This document shows, piece by piece, positions 36,742 through 49,156 of a stretch of DNA of 64,000 nt; positions within the stretch are counted from its first letter, which is position 1, and each line of letters begins with the position of its first letter. A program made the translations under genes and the position numbers. Source of the stretch: Perkinsus olseni (lineage: Eukaryota); the NCBI GenBank assembly GCA_013115125.1, contig JABANN010000122.1, forward strand, positions 1-64,000, in the 5' to 3' direction. The notes under the pieces are model-generated. The model made no database searches, was not told the origin of the DNA, and was given only the letters and a program-made list of their open reading frames with translations.

Positions 36742-37756
36742 GGGATATGAAGAGTCCAGAAAGAACCAAACGCTGAGCCACTGTTCATCCCAGTCCATGC
36801 TTGTTGCTACTCAACTCAACTGGCCACCAATTCGAAAAAGATCATCGCTAAAGTGGCACCCGCTATATGGAAATAGATCGTGGCGCCGGTGGGCTCCGTG
36901 TCTACCAAACACATCAGACTTCCTCACTCTCGCTACAGACTAATAACGCACTTGAATGATGATGACAAGTTGTCATCATCAGTGTGGTTGTCATTGACAA
37001 CCACACTCAACTTCCCGAGGTCATTTCTGGCTTACGAGTGGGATGCCGTACTAGTAGCGTACTAGGAGAACTACTACTGATGTCCAACTTAACGGGACAG
37101 CGTGGAGTGGCCCACGGTACGCATCCCTTATGACCCTCGTCATCCCACTCCTATCATTATACCCCAGTGCAGCGTTTGTGGAAACGTCAACTCGCGGATC
37201 ACTGAAAATATAGTCAATGGACGTTCGCGTGAAACCAGCGTCACAACTTTTGGAGAGTCTCGATAGCACTGTGAACCGGGTACCAGTCAGACGGGTTCCT
37301 GTCCCGTGACCGAGGCCTTAGGTGGGGACCTGAGTGCCTCAGGTCCTCTCCACACCACCCAGTCGACTAAGTTTGGTAATATATAGAAAGGGCTTACACG
37401 TGAGGATCACTTGAGCCAGAGTTGACTTCTTATGAACACCACCGATCTTGCGCGGTGACAATTGCATTGCACGCATACCCAAATCTTGCGTCCGACGTTA
37501 ACGGTTCGCTCAAAAGGCAGAAGCACGGTTGCTCGGTATCCCTGTGTCCTCTATAGTACTGCATCACCTCCCACCCTCTGCCAATAGCATTCCGCTTCTT
37601 CGCTGGTCTCAGATATTTTCTAGCGATCGTGATTTGAAGGTGCTTCAAGGGCATACGATGGCAAAACGTGGAAGTACAGCCAACGTGCCTGTCCAAAACC
37701 ACGCTCCTGTACTCCAGTGTCTTTTGACTACCCTAGCTTCTTTTCACGTGCGAAGC

Positions 37757-39141
37757 ATGCCATCCCGTGGTCCTCTGCTGGCGGGGCTCAACTCTGACGT
37801 GGCTCGAGTGGCTGCCGAGGCAAGCGGGGAATCTGACGACTGGGTCACCGAGGAGGAGCTAGAAGGAACCAATAAATCCAGAAGTTCTCGATCCAAAGGG
37901 AGGCGTAAGGCTACTAGGAGGACGGGCGGTAAGAAGGGTCGCGGCGGAGTATGTGCTACAGTATACGACAACGATTATCAGGTAGTAAGGAAAAGAAGAA
38001 TGATACTCATGAAGAGGCTGAGATGTTCATTCATCTGATGACCGCTATGCTCCAGGCGCAGGAAAGGCAGTCTAAGAAGGTACTTGGTTGTTGTTGTTGT
38101 TGTTGTTGTTATGGAGGCTCCAGAGGCTCTGTACCTTGAAACAGACTTCCTATCATTTGTAGGAGCGAGGTTCAGGAGGCTCATCTACTGCCTCGAATGG
38201 TGCTTCGAGATCATCTGAGAAGTATCCTCCTTGGGATGACTCGTTCATGATGGATGATCCTTTCGATGACGACTACGATCCTTTCGAGGATGATATACTC
38301 TTCGGTGATGACGAGGAGGAAGAAGAAGCGGCGACTCCGAGGTACACCGTCCGACCTTGCCAGAGACCTGAGTGTGTCGTCTACCAGAGACTTGGTTCAT
38401 TGGCCATCAATGTGGCGGCTGGTCAGCGAAGCTCTCTCTGTTCACGGTGATAGCAATGACATACCGAAGGCTATTGAGGGCCTCCTCATTAAAGGGGAGT
38501 TGGCGATGCAGACGTGAGTGGTTATTCCCCTTTCTGCTTAACCGGAATTAGCAGGTATAACTACTCCCTGGCCCTGGCATGTGCGGCTGCTGCTCAGTAT
38601 CTAGTAGCAGCCTCAGAAGCCTCTGAATGCTCGCTGATACGGGCTAACGCTATCGAGATGATATCAGTGTAGCCTTATCGGGGTCCATTCGTTAGTTCTC
38701 TAATGTTCTTCGTATGCCAGGTACCAGCTCGGATCGAGGCCGGCTGCGGTGAAGATTAGAGACCAACTTTTGGATGGGTTAGTACTGCAACGAGGTATGA
38801 CCGCAATCAATCACGTTGGTAGGCTCCCTGGTGATGACATTAAGGAGGCGGGTATGATGTCAGATTATCTATTCAAGAGATTTACTGGTAGTACGGGGTA
38901 GAAGATTCCTGCAATGTACGTAGAACACCAAATGAACCAAATGAAAGGCGTGACGAAACTGAATGGGTCGAAGCTGCTAGCCAGGGATACCTGCCAAGTA
39001 TCGTTGGCGCTCACGATATCTTTAGGTACTTGTGAGGTATTGGATATGATGCCGCAGTTGATCGGCCTCCTGAAACAAGCTCGAGATGAAAAGAAGAGTA
39101 CAAAAGGGGGACAGCATCGTAGAGTCACAGAGGTGGAGTAA
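37757..39141 (+). CDS. Hypothetical multi-exon protein with basic and acidic tracts
   Basis: MPSRGPLLAG...KGRRKATRR, DDPFDDDYDPFEDD, VLDMMPQLIGLLKQARDEKK...EVE* exons. Confidence 0.5.
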
Positions 39142-39280
39142 TTAACATAACCCGTCAAGGGCTGGTACAGCATCATCGTTTCAGTGAAGTTTCTGTGTCA
39201 CGACTAGGCGTAGTGTTACTTTATATTGAGATGAGCAGCAGTGGGTCGTAGGGTTCATTTTTGTGCCGACTAACTCGAGG

Positions 39281-41501
39281 ATGAATTATCTGAGCCGTTC
39301 GAGGCTACGAGCATTCCTCCGACTAGCCCTTGTGCCATTACAACTGGTTGTGGTCCTGGCCACCTCTCTGGCATTGGCGGTTTTCGTCAGGATTCTACCG
39401 AGGCCCCAGGTAGTTGCGGAAATGACGAGACATTGGTCCATTGATTCATCTAGACTCATTTTAGAAGAAGCAAAGGCCGACTCTCGCGTATTTCTTCCAT
39501 CCTGACTGTGCTTCTGGCGGAGGGGGAGAGAGGGTCCTCTGGGCAGCTGTGCTTGGCTTGCTCAGAGCTAATAGAGAGGGCGAGATAGTCATTTACACAG
39601 ACGAGAAGAGCGGTGTTAACAAGGTCGGTAAAGCAGTAACACTTCCGCCCAACCACTCCTCAGAAAGCCCTCTCTGGGCAAGGAATGATGTGCAGTTGTC
39701 ATTGAGCTCGCGGGTTACTCAACTTTGCCTTTAGAAGAACGTGGTTGAGCGCGCAGTGTCTCCCGTGTGTCCTAATTCCGTTATTTTGTTTTGTCTAAGA
39801 CATGCGGTACCAGACGTGAGCTCTGCAGATAGTCAGTAGCCACATGACTGCCTATGATGAGTATCACATGATAGTCACCTTTTTTTATTTTTTAGTTTAT
39901 TCTCAATCAGGTACTTCGCGGTGTGTCCGATCGCTTCGGCATTCGCTTGCCCTCGGGATCGTCCAAGCGTATCAGATTCGTTGCCGTGCGCTTCACTCCG
40001 CTGCTTCGGGTCGACCCATGGCCTACCTTAACGGTTATTGGTAATACAGGGCTACGATAATATGTGATCTTTTCTCGTGTGCCGTTTAAGTACCAAAATG
40101 GCTGACTTTGTTGTTCATCCTGTGACTCTGCTTGTTGTGTTCATCCTTCTTCTGCAGGTCAGTCGCTGGGTGCCGCCTTGGTTGCGATGACTGGCTTCGT
40201 CAATGAGAAGCCGAGGCACGTATTTGTTGACACGGTTGGTCAAGTAGGATGCGCTTTTAAAGAAACTGCTTGGCTCCAGGTCCCTTCAGGCATTCATATA
40301 CCCTTTCGTTCGCCTCGCCTGCGGCCCGAATGTTCGAATCGCCGCCTATGTTCATTACCCGACCATGAGCCGTGACATGCTAGCCCGAGTGACCAGCGGG
40401 ACTGCCATGTGAGGTATCGGATGCCTCTTGTGCATCAGGCCGGCTCGAGCAGGTACAACAACTCGTTGGCTGTAGCGTCATCACCCATTCTGACGAAATT
40501 GAAGTCCCTCTATTATCGGGCATTTCTCAAGGCTTATGGATACGCCGGTCGCTTCGCGAGCGTTGTGCTCACCAACTCGACGTGGACAGGTAGGAAGCAG
40601 AGGCAAATAGCTCTCTTATGTCGTCGCCAGATTCTCGTATTAAAGCAATCTGGCAAGTACCCACGACTGTCGTCTACCCTCCGGCTGATCTCAGAAGAGG
40701 CAGTGGTGAGGGTCCCCGACGGGGGTCCGATTTGCGGCCCAACCTGGTGGTATCGTTGAGTCAGTTCAGAAGGGAAAAGAACCAATCACTTCAATTGGAA
40801 GCATTCGCCAAGGTAAGACTTGGCGCTATGCCCCCCACCTGTCATAGCACGCCCAGGTATTGACACGTGTCCCCTCGGCAAAGATGACAATGATGGGCGC
40901 GGTACGACCGAACGTGGCGGATGATCAGGCATTGTTACAGGAGTTGAAAAGCGAAGCCGGGCGGTAACTCGACGATTACGCTAGAACACTTCGGAATGGG
41001 GAGTTTGTATCAGACTCGGAATTGAGGATAATGTAACATTCAAGGTCAATGCTCCCTGGCCGGAAGTCCTTGCGGAACTCAACCGGGCACGGGTAGGTTC
41101 CCAGTATGCCTGATCGGGTTCACGAGGCTGGTTAGGTTGCCATACACACGATGAAGGATGAACACTTCGGAATCGCTCTGCTCGAGTTCATGTCAGCTGG
41201 ATGCGTCGTAGTGGCTAACGATTCGGGAGGACCGAGAGATGACATCGTTGGGTCCGGCGCCGACGCTGTTGGCTTTCTGGCTGAGGACGCTGTGAGCGCG
41301 AGGACGGTCTCGTAAGTGCACACTTGTGGTCACCTTGTTCAGGATGGCTACGCTGCCGCGATCGTGGAAGTTCTGAGTGGATGGTCCAGCCAGAAGATAA
41401 CGTGTCTGCGAGATAAAGCTGCGAAGAAACTAGATTCGTTCAACAATGATGCTGAGTTTGGCGATGTTTTTGCAGCCAAGTTGAGTGAGATTGTGAAGTA
41501 A
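39281..41501 (+). CDS. ALG11: GDP-Man:Man3GlcNAc2-PP-Dol alpha-1,2-mannosyltransferase
   Basis: FFHPDCASGGGGERVLW, YVHYPT, NSTWT, VVYPP, QFRREKN, HTMKDEHFGI, NDSGGPRDDIV. Confidence 0.93.
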
Positions 41502-42131
41502 ATTTTTTCGGAAAGTTGTCCATAGATGTGGCGAGGGGTCTTGTGTTAGTACCGAGTGGCCGCTCTAAAGGATGGAACTGGCACGTGACGACACGTGACT
41601 TCCTTAGGTCCAGAAAGGTTGTGTAGAGGTTCTCGATGTTGCTGAATTCGACGAGACCGATGGCGCGGCGAAATCCGCGACGAATTATTCACTCTCTACG
41701 CCGGGATTCGCTGAGTAAAGTCGGTTTTCTGAGGAAAAAGTAGAATCGTGAGGAATGGTATTTCGCCCGCATTGTGAGTTCGCACGGCAGTAGATTGAGA
41801 GTGTTCGTAGCTCGGATGTAAGGCTGTTACGCCTTAAAAAAAATTGAAATGGATTCACTCGGGATTCGCTCAGTAGAGAGTTTATACCTTCTGAGGGATC
41901 AGAAGAGATCGAGCAGAAGGGACGATGCTCTGCGGGATCGACCGCTGGCTTGGGGCCACTATGCCACCATCTCGTGTCAACGGAACTCAAGAAGATGGTC
42001 GTGTTCAGTAGTGGACCACGCAGAGTTTCACGGACGTGGAAGCGAATTTCGTTTTCGGGAAACCATCCCACGCCAGATCAACACCAAGATCCGAGGTTAT
42101 TCGACACCACTGCAAGATAACACTTCAAGCT

Positions 42132-42323
42132 AACCGCTCAGCAATACCCACACCCTGTCCTCGTAAGGGATGGATCATCGAAGTCGAGTACATGACTGTA
42201 CTGACTAAACCTCCATTAGGGTGGGGTATACAACTCCTCATCACGGTTTAGGGTTTTGTCAAGAGTACTCTTGTGAACGAAAGGAATTCACTACATAAGT
42301 GATCCTGTTCGAGTACAGTCGAC
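42132..42323 (-). ncRNA. U3: U3 snoRNA (about 192 nt)
   Basis: 5' GTCGAC-TGTACT-CGAACAGGATCACTTATGTAG (GAC box, box A', box A), box C' GTGATGA, box C CGATGA, box D CTGA, terminal stem AACCG/CGGTT, central stem ATACCCCACCCT/AGGGTGTGGGTAT, two internal hairpins. Box B is not canonical. Confidence 0.88.
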
Positions 42324-42359
42324 AAGCCATCCTATCCCGGTGCGGCGTTGTTGCGCTCT

Positions 42360-42379
42360 GATGTCTGGAAGGAGTGGTA
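42360..42379 (-). promoter_or_regulatory. Candidate upstream element of U3
   Basis: TACCACTCCTTCCAGACATC beginning at -56, matching the element before the second copy. Confidence 0.55.
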
Positions 42380-42736
42380 GGCGAAAATGTCACAACAAGC
42401 TGTCTCCCGACGTGATTTTTCTCGTGAGAAACGCGCAAAATGCTTTCTAGTACGGCAGTCCGAGGCAAACCCTTCCGACAGAGTTTGGCGCAGATACCTA
42501 GTGTAATCATACGAGCAAACAATAGCTCCTGATTTTTCGCTCTTCCCCGGACGTACACTCCGATTGGCCCGTAGAGGTCACCGTGAGAGGTAAATGTGTT
42601 CGACAACCGATGGGGTCCGATCATGTTACAAACGATAGCGAAAGGATTGCGAAAGCTCCCATCGCGTGTCGACGGCTGAGCCCTCAATAAAGGGGCTCAC
42701 CGCCGTAGGTGAGCACTGTACCGTCGCCGCCGCATT

Positions 42737-42912
42737 GGATTTTTTAAGGAGAAAGGAAACCCCCTGTTTTCGGACGATCTTGCAGGTACCTTCGAAGTGG
42801 TGACTTGCGCCCGATAGTGACCGGAGTTGTGGCCCGTTCCATCGGAGGAAAAGCGCGTCAGGCTTTTCCGTAGGTGAAACATCAGTCGGAGAGTTTTCTC
42901 CCTAAAAAATCC
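42737..42912. mobile_element. MITE-like element with 18-bp inverted termini
   Basis: GGATTTTTTAAGGAGAAA (42737-42754) versus the reverse complement of 42895-42912: 17/18 identical; no coding capacity; no clear target-site duplication. Confidence 0.4.
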
Positions 42913-43805
42913 CGGGCTTCGTCCTGCGGCCAGCGGCTACTGCCCCCTCCCAAACTCGCAGATCAGAGGTTTCAACGACACTCTCCGGGAGAATGTTGTT
43001 GATCCCTGGTCTGACAAATTGACTCGCCTGGTTGACTGGATATTGACAAATTGTAGACCACAACGAGACCCTGTAGCTCGCGCACCGTAGTGAGCGAGCA
43101 TATCCACAGTATGCTGCCCACGAATGATCGAGCTCGCCCCGTTGGGGTGCTATTTCCGTATTGGATTAGTTGAGGTTGGCGTTATATTAGTGGCTCGAAT
43201 AATCTATTATGCGGCGTGACTAGTTTCGTTTCTAGCAGTAGAAGTTACTGGTCTTTGACCTTCACTTCAATTGCGCGCATCGAGAAAGGACCAGCTGCGC
43301 AGGTAAACGGAGACCGACTCTCCGTAGATGTACTTTTCTGAAGCGTATTGCGTGTCGCGCTAACGTATTAGTTCAAGCATCACTTCAACAAATACGTTAG
43401 CGCAATCACTACAACTTTTCTCCCGGACCATACCCGTATTCAGCAGCAACGTTGTAGTTCGATCAATCAATTGGATCTGTAGCAGCATTGTAGTAGCTCC
43501 AATATATGCGACCTGGCCGATCGCGACATTCATCACAATCACGCAAAAACTATCACCGCGTCATTCCTGTGAGGCTGGTTGCAGAATAAGCCGTTTCAAG
43601 TCGCATGGAAGAATAATCCTTGTATTCCTCACATCTGTCTTTAGAACTCTCAGCATTACCTTGTGGGGGTTTTAATAATATTGTTTTATGATGTAATGTA
43701 CATCATATATATTGGTATTCATCTATTTTTGAACACCAGCCATAAACGCTACGTTAATTAATTCTGCAGTGAGAGCTACTATGACGCAACACCACTTATA
43801 TCCCA

Positions 43806-45742
43806 CTTAGGTAGCTTCAACAGTCTACCGCTCATGCGTTCGCTAAATAGCTGAAGAAACGCAGAGGAGTTCCGCCACACACATTCTACTATACAACTGA
43901 GAGAGGAGATCATCGAATCATCCACGTTGAGTCCGATCATGCATGTCATCAGGTAAAAATACTGCCGCGATGAGCAGACACTCGTTCACACCCACCAGCT
44001 GAGCGAAGTACAAATACCAATTATAACACTCGATCGGGCCTGAAGAAGACGCGACTGATGAGCACCGAGGAAGCGCTCTCGATTCATCATTGCACTACAC
44101 TTAAGATGGTGGCTACGCACTCTGGAACGGGAAAACCGAAACTCCAGAAAGGTCCGCAGACTGATGCCAAGGCACCTGGAGAGAAGAATGCCAACCCCGT
44201 AGCGCCAGTTTGCGCAACGTGCTGCCCCAGCCTCACCATCTGATGCCTCATCCTGCCGTCGTGAAGTAGATGAACGTCAAAACCGCGAGGAAGTTTACTA
44301 ACCTTGGCAATGTCCGGAATGGACGCTAAACAAAGATAGCATTCCGTGACACATGTTTAAACAAGCGACAATAGAAATACCTTCCACGTCGGCTATCTCC
44401 TCCAAGTTGGCCAGAGTCTGACGAATCTCATCTCTCAGCATGTAAATATTGGGTTGAGTCATGAAACGCACAGCTTTACCTATCGATGAACACTCTAACT
44501 TTTGTCGGTCAAAACTACGTGTAGAATGAGTACGGGCAGCCCGATCTCACAGCACCAACTTACATGTACACTTCGGGAAAATATCGCGGAGCTCCATTAC
44601 GGCAGTTCGCTCAGCGAATCCGTCCCCTATCGATATAATGCCTAAAGAACCGGTGTGAAGCAAAAAGCAAAAACATCGTAAGAAACATACAGTCAAAATC
44701 CGTATTATAAGCACATGCCATTTCCTGAAATTTGATCGTTTTCCATGAACTCGCCATACAAGTAGCTGCCTGGGCTGAGAGCTGAGAAACACGCAGTAGC
44801 AAGCCCAATAATATGATCTGCACGTACGTTATCAGGCAGTTGCGGCCTCGCGGATACGCATGGAATAGATTCCAAAACAGGTATGAGACGAGGTAGGTAA
44901 TGCTTGGCTGTGAACGGTATCCAGTTCGCGGAGGAATTGGTAACGATCGCTGTAGAGCCTGAAAGACGAGAATTACTCGGGCAAGATGGTGTCCGTAGGG
45001 AACTCTACCCAAATCACAGCATTTCTGAAGCAGATCAAGGGCGTAATCCTCGATAACTGAGAGATCTCTACGAACCGAACTCGGAAGCTTCACACCTACA
45101 AGGATAGCATCAACGGCAAGACGAAATCACGATAACGGCCTTACTTCCACCCTGCCTGGCAACGATTTGCTCCATTTGCGCGATGGAGTTAGTGAGATAC
45201 TTACACCCACCTGATGAGAAACATCTGGAGCGAGATCGCAGTCTAATACCGAGCTAGATAAAAGTACGTAGCCAAGTAGTTGGAAGGATGGTGTCGTCCC
45301 AGTCGACGAAAAAGAGTAGCTGACGGCCACGACCTGCACAGAAGCACGGGTTAACGAGCAACAGACCGGAGAGACTCACCAGCACTGACGTCCCCAGCAG
45401 AAATTCTTGGAGAGAGTTGTGGGCCTGAGGAACACCGGTAGGCCACCTAAGTGAGAACGAAAACAGACTGGAGCTGCTCCTGAGTATTGGTGAGAGCTTG
45501 GAGGCGATCTCAGGACCGTCAACGTCATCAGTGCCTTGACCCAGAATCTGTCGGCAATACAACTTTCAAGTAAAACGAGCTGACCAACGCACCTTAGCGC
45601 CGGTGATATAGGCCTCGGGAAGGTAGTCAGACGATAGCGGCACCCAGTCAGTAGCAGTTGGGCCTTGTTCCGGAGTTGTGGCAGCAGTGTTGCTCAGAGT
45701 CTTCTTAACTGCAGTGGCAGAGATCTTTAATGGGCCGAACAT
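43806..45742 (-). CDS. HAD-superfamily protein, DWDDT type (3' end uncertain)
   Basis: LFFVDWDDTILPTTWL (motif I), SSWKTIKF, IISIGDGFAERTA (motif IV); ATG 45742. Confidence 0.75.
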
Positions 45743-45929
45743 AGAGTATCGAGAATGAGGTTGAAAACTCTAAATGTACTTTATCCTAGAAGCTTATCGT
45801 TAATGTCCTTGAGCCAGTTCGTTTATCGCAATGCCCGTTTCGAGATGCGCATGTAAAAAGCGCTCGCCCGTGGAAGAAGGAGCGCGCCCTGGAGTCTTTA
45901 GTTGAAGACAGTGTAGTCGTTGCTAGCAG

Positions 45930-46412
45930 ATGGTCAGATGCGCCTGTTCCGGTTAAGATGCATCACATCACTATCGTTAGCACTGACCATGCCGCATGAG
46001 ATGGAGTACTCAAGGACCTTAGCGGAAGCGTCGTCAAGGGTAAGACTGTGGAATGGTGGTATTGGAGGGTGGTGAATCGTGTTGCTTCCTGAATCTCAGC
46101 AATTCCTCGGATCTGGTAACTACGCGTGTGATCTTCATGGTGATGTTTGTTCAATAGCAGTACAGGCTGTTGGGATGAAGGATACAGATTCCCTTATAGC
46201 ATATGGTGAGGACGGTTTACCTAAAGGAGCGTAATAACGATGTGCATGCATGATAGTAATGCAGTACTGGCGGAGCGGCTTTACTACTCAGGTCGTCTAA
46301 TACACTACGTGTACCAAAGGATGATCGGCCGTTGGGTGGGACGCAGCAATTAGACATGCCCGGCGAGGAATGGGTAGTAATGCTTAGCTCGCTTCATCAT
46401 CTACAGCTCTGG

Positions 46413-46444
<32 letters not shown>

Positions 46445-47139
46445 GATCTTCACTATTGAAGCTAATACTCTGGAGCCAGGTCAATACAGTCTCAAAGTCT
46501 TTACGGCTAGCGATGAGATATCTCTGGGTGCACTAGTTGTTGCCGATCTTGGTAAAATCGTACATTTTCGTACGCCCTTCCATCATTGTGCGTTGTTAGC
46601 TCTGGGTTCGGCCCTCCCCACGACTCGGATGCCATCGGATGTCGGCCCATCCACGACTCGGATGGGTACACCACCATCATCTACCGATCCACAGGTACTG
46701 ACTTCGATCTATGACGCCAAGGGATCTCAGTGTAGGTAACTACCACTACTACTACCCAACCATCGAACTCCACCAATGAGGGCTCTAAGGACAACAATTC
46801 TTTGGCAATATATGTTGGCCTTATTGGAGGCCTCAGCGGAGGGTTATTGGGTATCGTCTGTATCCTTATCGCTGCCTGTGCGGTAATACCTCATCATTGT
46901 TGACGCTATGGAAATGTTCTCTCGGTGTTCAGTACTGTGGCTGGTCCGCCCGACGTAAAGGCTTCACTGAACTTAAGGCGACTGATGCTGCTATTTATGA
47001 TGGAGGGGCCTCGGCGAGGTCGAGTGTATTCCGACGTATGCACCCTTATCACCATACCTCGGCAGCAGCAGCAGCTGCGGATGGTGGTGGTGGTGAAATT
47101 GACATCGAAGACGTTCGCTCTGAACTCACACTACTGTAG
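45930..47139 (+). CDS. Hypothetical single-pass membrane protein (start uncertain)
   Basis: Exons IFTIEANTLEPGQYSLKV, a T/P-rich stalk, TM LAIYVGLIGGLSGGLLGIVCILIAACA and tail ...ELTLL*. Confidence 0.5.
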
Positions 47140-47167
47140 ACGGCACATCCTTCGTGATGATTACAAA

Positions 47168-48074
47168 CATGGTGAGTTGTTGCTCAGATCCTTGGACCCC
47201 ATCGCCCATCTTGCTGATGCGCAGCATCAGGGAGTTCGCCTGGAAGCTATGGTAGTGAGTCATCACCATATATGATCCAATCACGATTGATTGTCAGCCC
47301 GGTGAGACCCTAGCCCCGGCACCGTCTATGAATGGTGGCGAAAGTATGATCGGGACCCTTCCCAGGACATGTGAGCATCAGCTTCGAGTATCATATGATA
47401 TGATGTTATCGGTTGCTTGGTCTTTAGCGAGTGGCGCATCCTTGGCTGAATCAACACAGTGTTCGACAGCTGTCCTCCGAGACAGGATGGACTATGCACA
47501 AGTTGGAGCCTTACGGATGGCAGCGCGCAGGGCCTTAGCAAACTTGGTAATATTTCAGCCTGCTTTTTGGTGGATCTTCCTTGAGCTATTCTCTCTATGA
47601 TATGACTGTTCAACATTTTTATTGTCAGGTTCACCAGAGCCCAGCCTCTGAAGTAGTAGCTCGGTCGTCACGCTCAGTTAATGCAGGCGTCGTAAATGAC
47701 GCTCCGCTAGGCTCGGCCTCATCATCATACTCCTCTCGTATCGGTCATGGTCGGCAGGGTCGTGAAGTTATTCATCTGCCCATAGCATCCCGAGAAGGCC
47801 TCTACCATGAGTATCCAGCGACACAGGTACGCTACAACAACAACAACAACAACAACAACCCCTTCGACGGTTGAGTGTTCACTCTGCCAAGTACGACGAG
47901 GGTTATATAATTTTTGCTCCACGTCTTTCGTTGAACACGGAAAGTAACTACATTGTTCAATGGGGTTATATGCTAACCATGTTATACACTGCGAACGATA
48001 GCAGTAGTATTTTACCCACACCATCGCCAACATCATCATTATCATCATCATCATCATCAGTCAGTAGCCGGTAG
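47168..48074 (+). CDS. Possible hypothetical multi-exon protein
   Basis: Short exon-like segments with GT-AG boundaries; no motif. Confidence 0.25.
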
Positions 48075-49156
48075 AGGCTCCTGCTGCTGTTGCTGCTTGC
48101 CGCCATGAAGGTCTTCTCTGAGGTCTTGAGAATTTATTTTTGGTCATCGTCAGTCGCTGTCACATTTTTGGTACTTCATCGTCATTTCTGATTTCAACAA
48201 ACGAAACAATAACAACATGGACTCAGTGCCGATCACATCGATCAGCACTAGCATTAGTATCCTCTCTATTCACATCGTAGATTTGTTATCGGTATTGTAC
48301 TGTCCTCTGCGTAGTATGATCATCCTGATCAACATCATCAACATGATCATCAACACGAGGGCGACGACGAGATGATGTCTCTGAATGCAGAGGACGGAAG
48401 TAGAATCTAGCTCACTATGATGAGTGCCAGTAGATACTGGTCTATCACGGGATATCTGAACAAACTAGTTGTCCTACTATGGTTAGTTCAGTATGCTCCT
48501 TGGTCGTCTCATACGACCTTATCTGCCTTAAGCAATGGTTGTTGCTCTTGTGAACACGTAGGACTGCTACAACTGTTACTAGACCTTATCGAGATATGCT
48601 GTTGCAGCAGCACACTTGTTGTTAGACTGCTGAATCACCACCACAACTCTCATCGATCGGATCGAATCACCTGTTGTGATCCTCTCCAACACGTTGTTGT
48701 GATACTTGCTGCTCATGCTGACACCGCTGAGTGCTTAATCGGATACGTGGCGATAGAATCTCGTCGCGCATATTTTGTATTGTCCCCGATGTATGGCGAG
48801 TCATAACTAGTCTTTGTGCTTATCATCATCATTATCACCATTGTTATCATCATAATGTTAGCTTCACCTGCGTCCGTGTTGTCATGTTGTATTACCGAGT
48901 GCGTTGCTCTTCCTTCAGTATATGCTGCACAACAAGCTGGAGTCAACAGTCGGTTGGAGTCTTAGTGGAGCCCGTCCATTTTATTTTTAGAAAATTGTAC
49001 GTCTCCGTTGCACAAATTGGCAAAGGAAATTCAAGGTTGATCTGGTCCGGGGGCGGGACGCATCGTCATGTTATTCAACAACAGTTTCACTTGATTGCCT
49101 CTTGTGCATTACCTATCTTTCCGTATTATTGCACTTATACCTCTTGACACAACATC

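Noticed and set aside
16043-41501. ALG1 and ALG11 as an N-glycosylation gene cluster
   Set aside because: They are 20 kb apart on opposite strands with unrelated genes between; chance linkage is sufficient.
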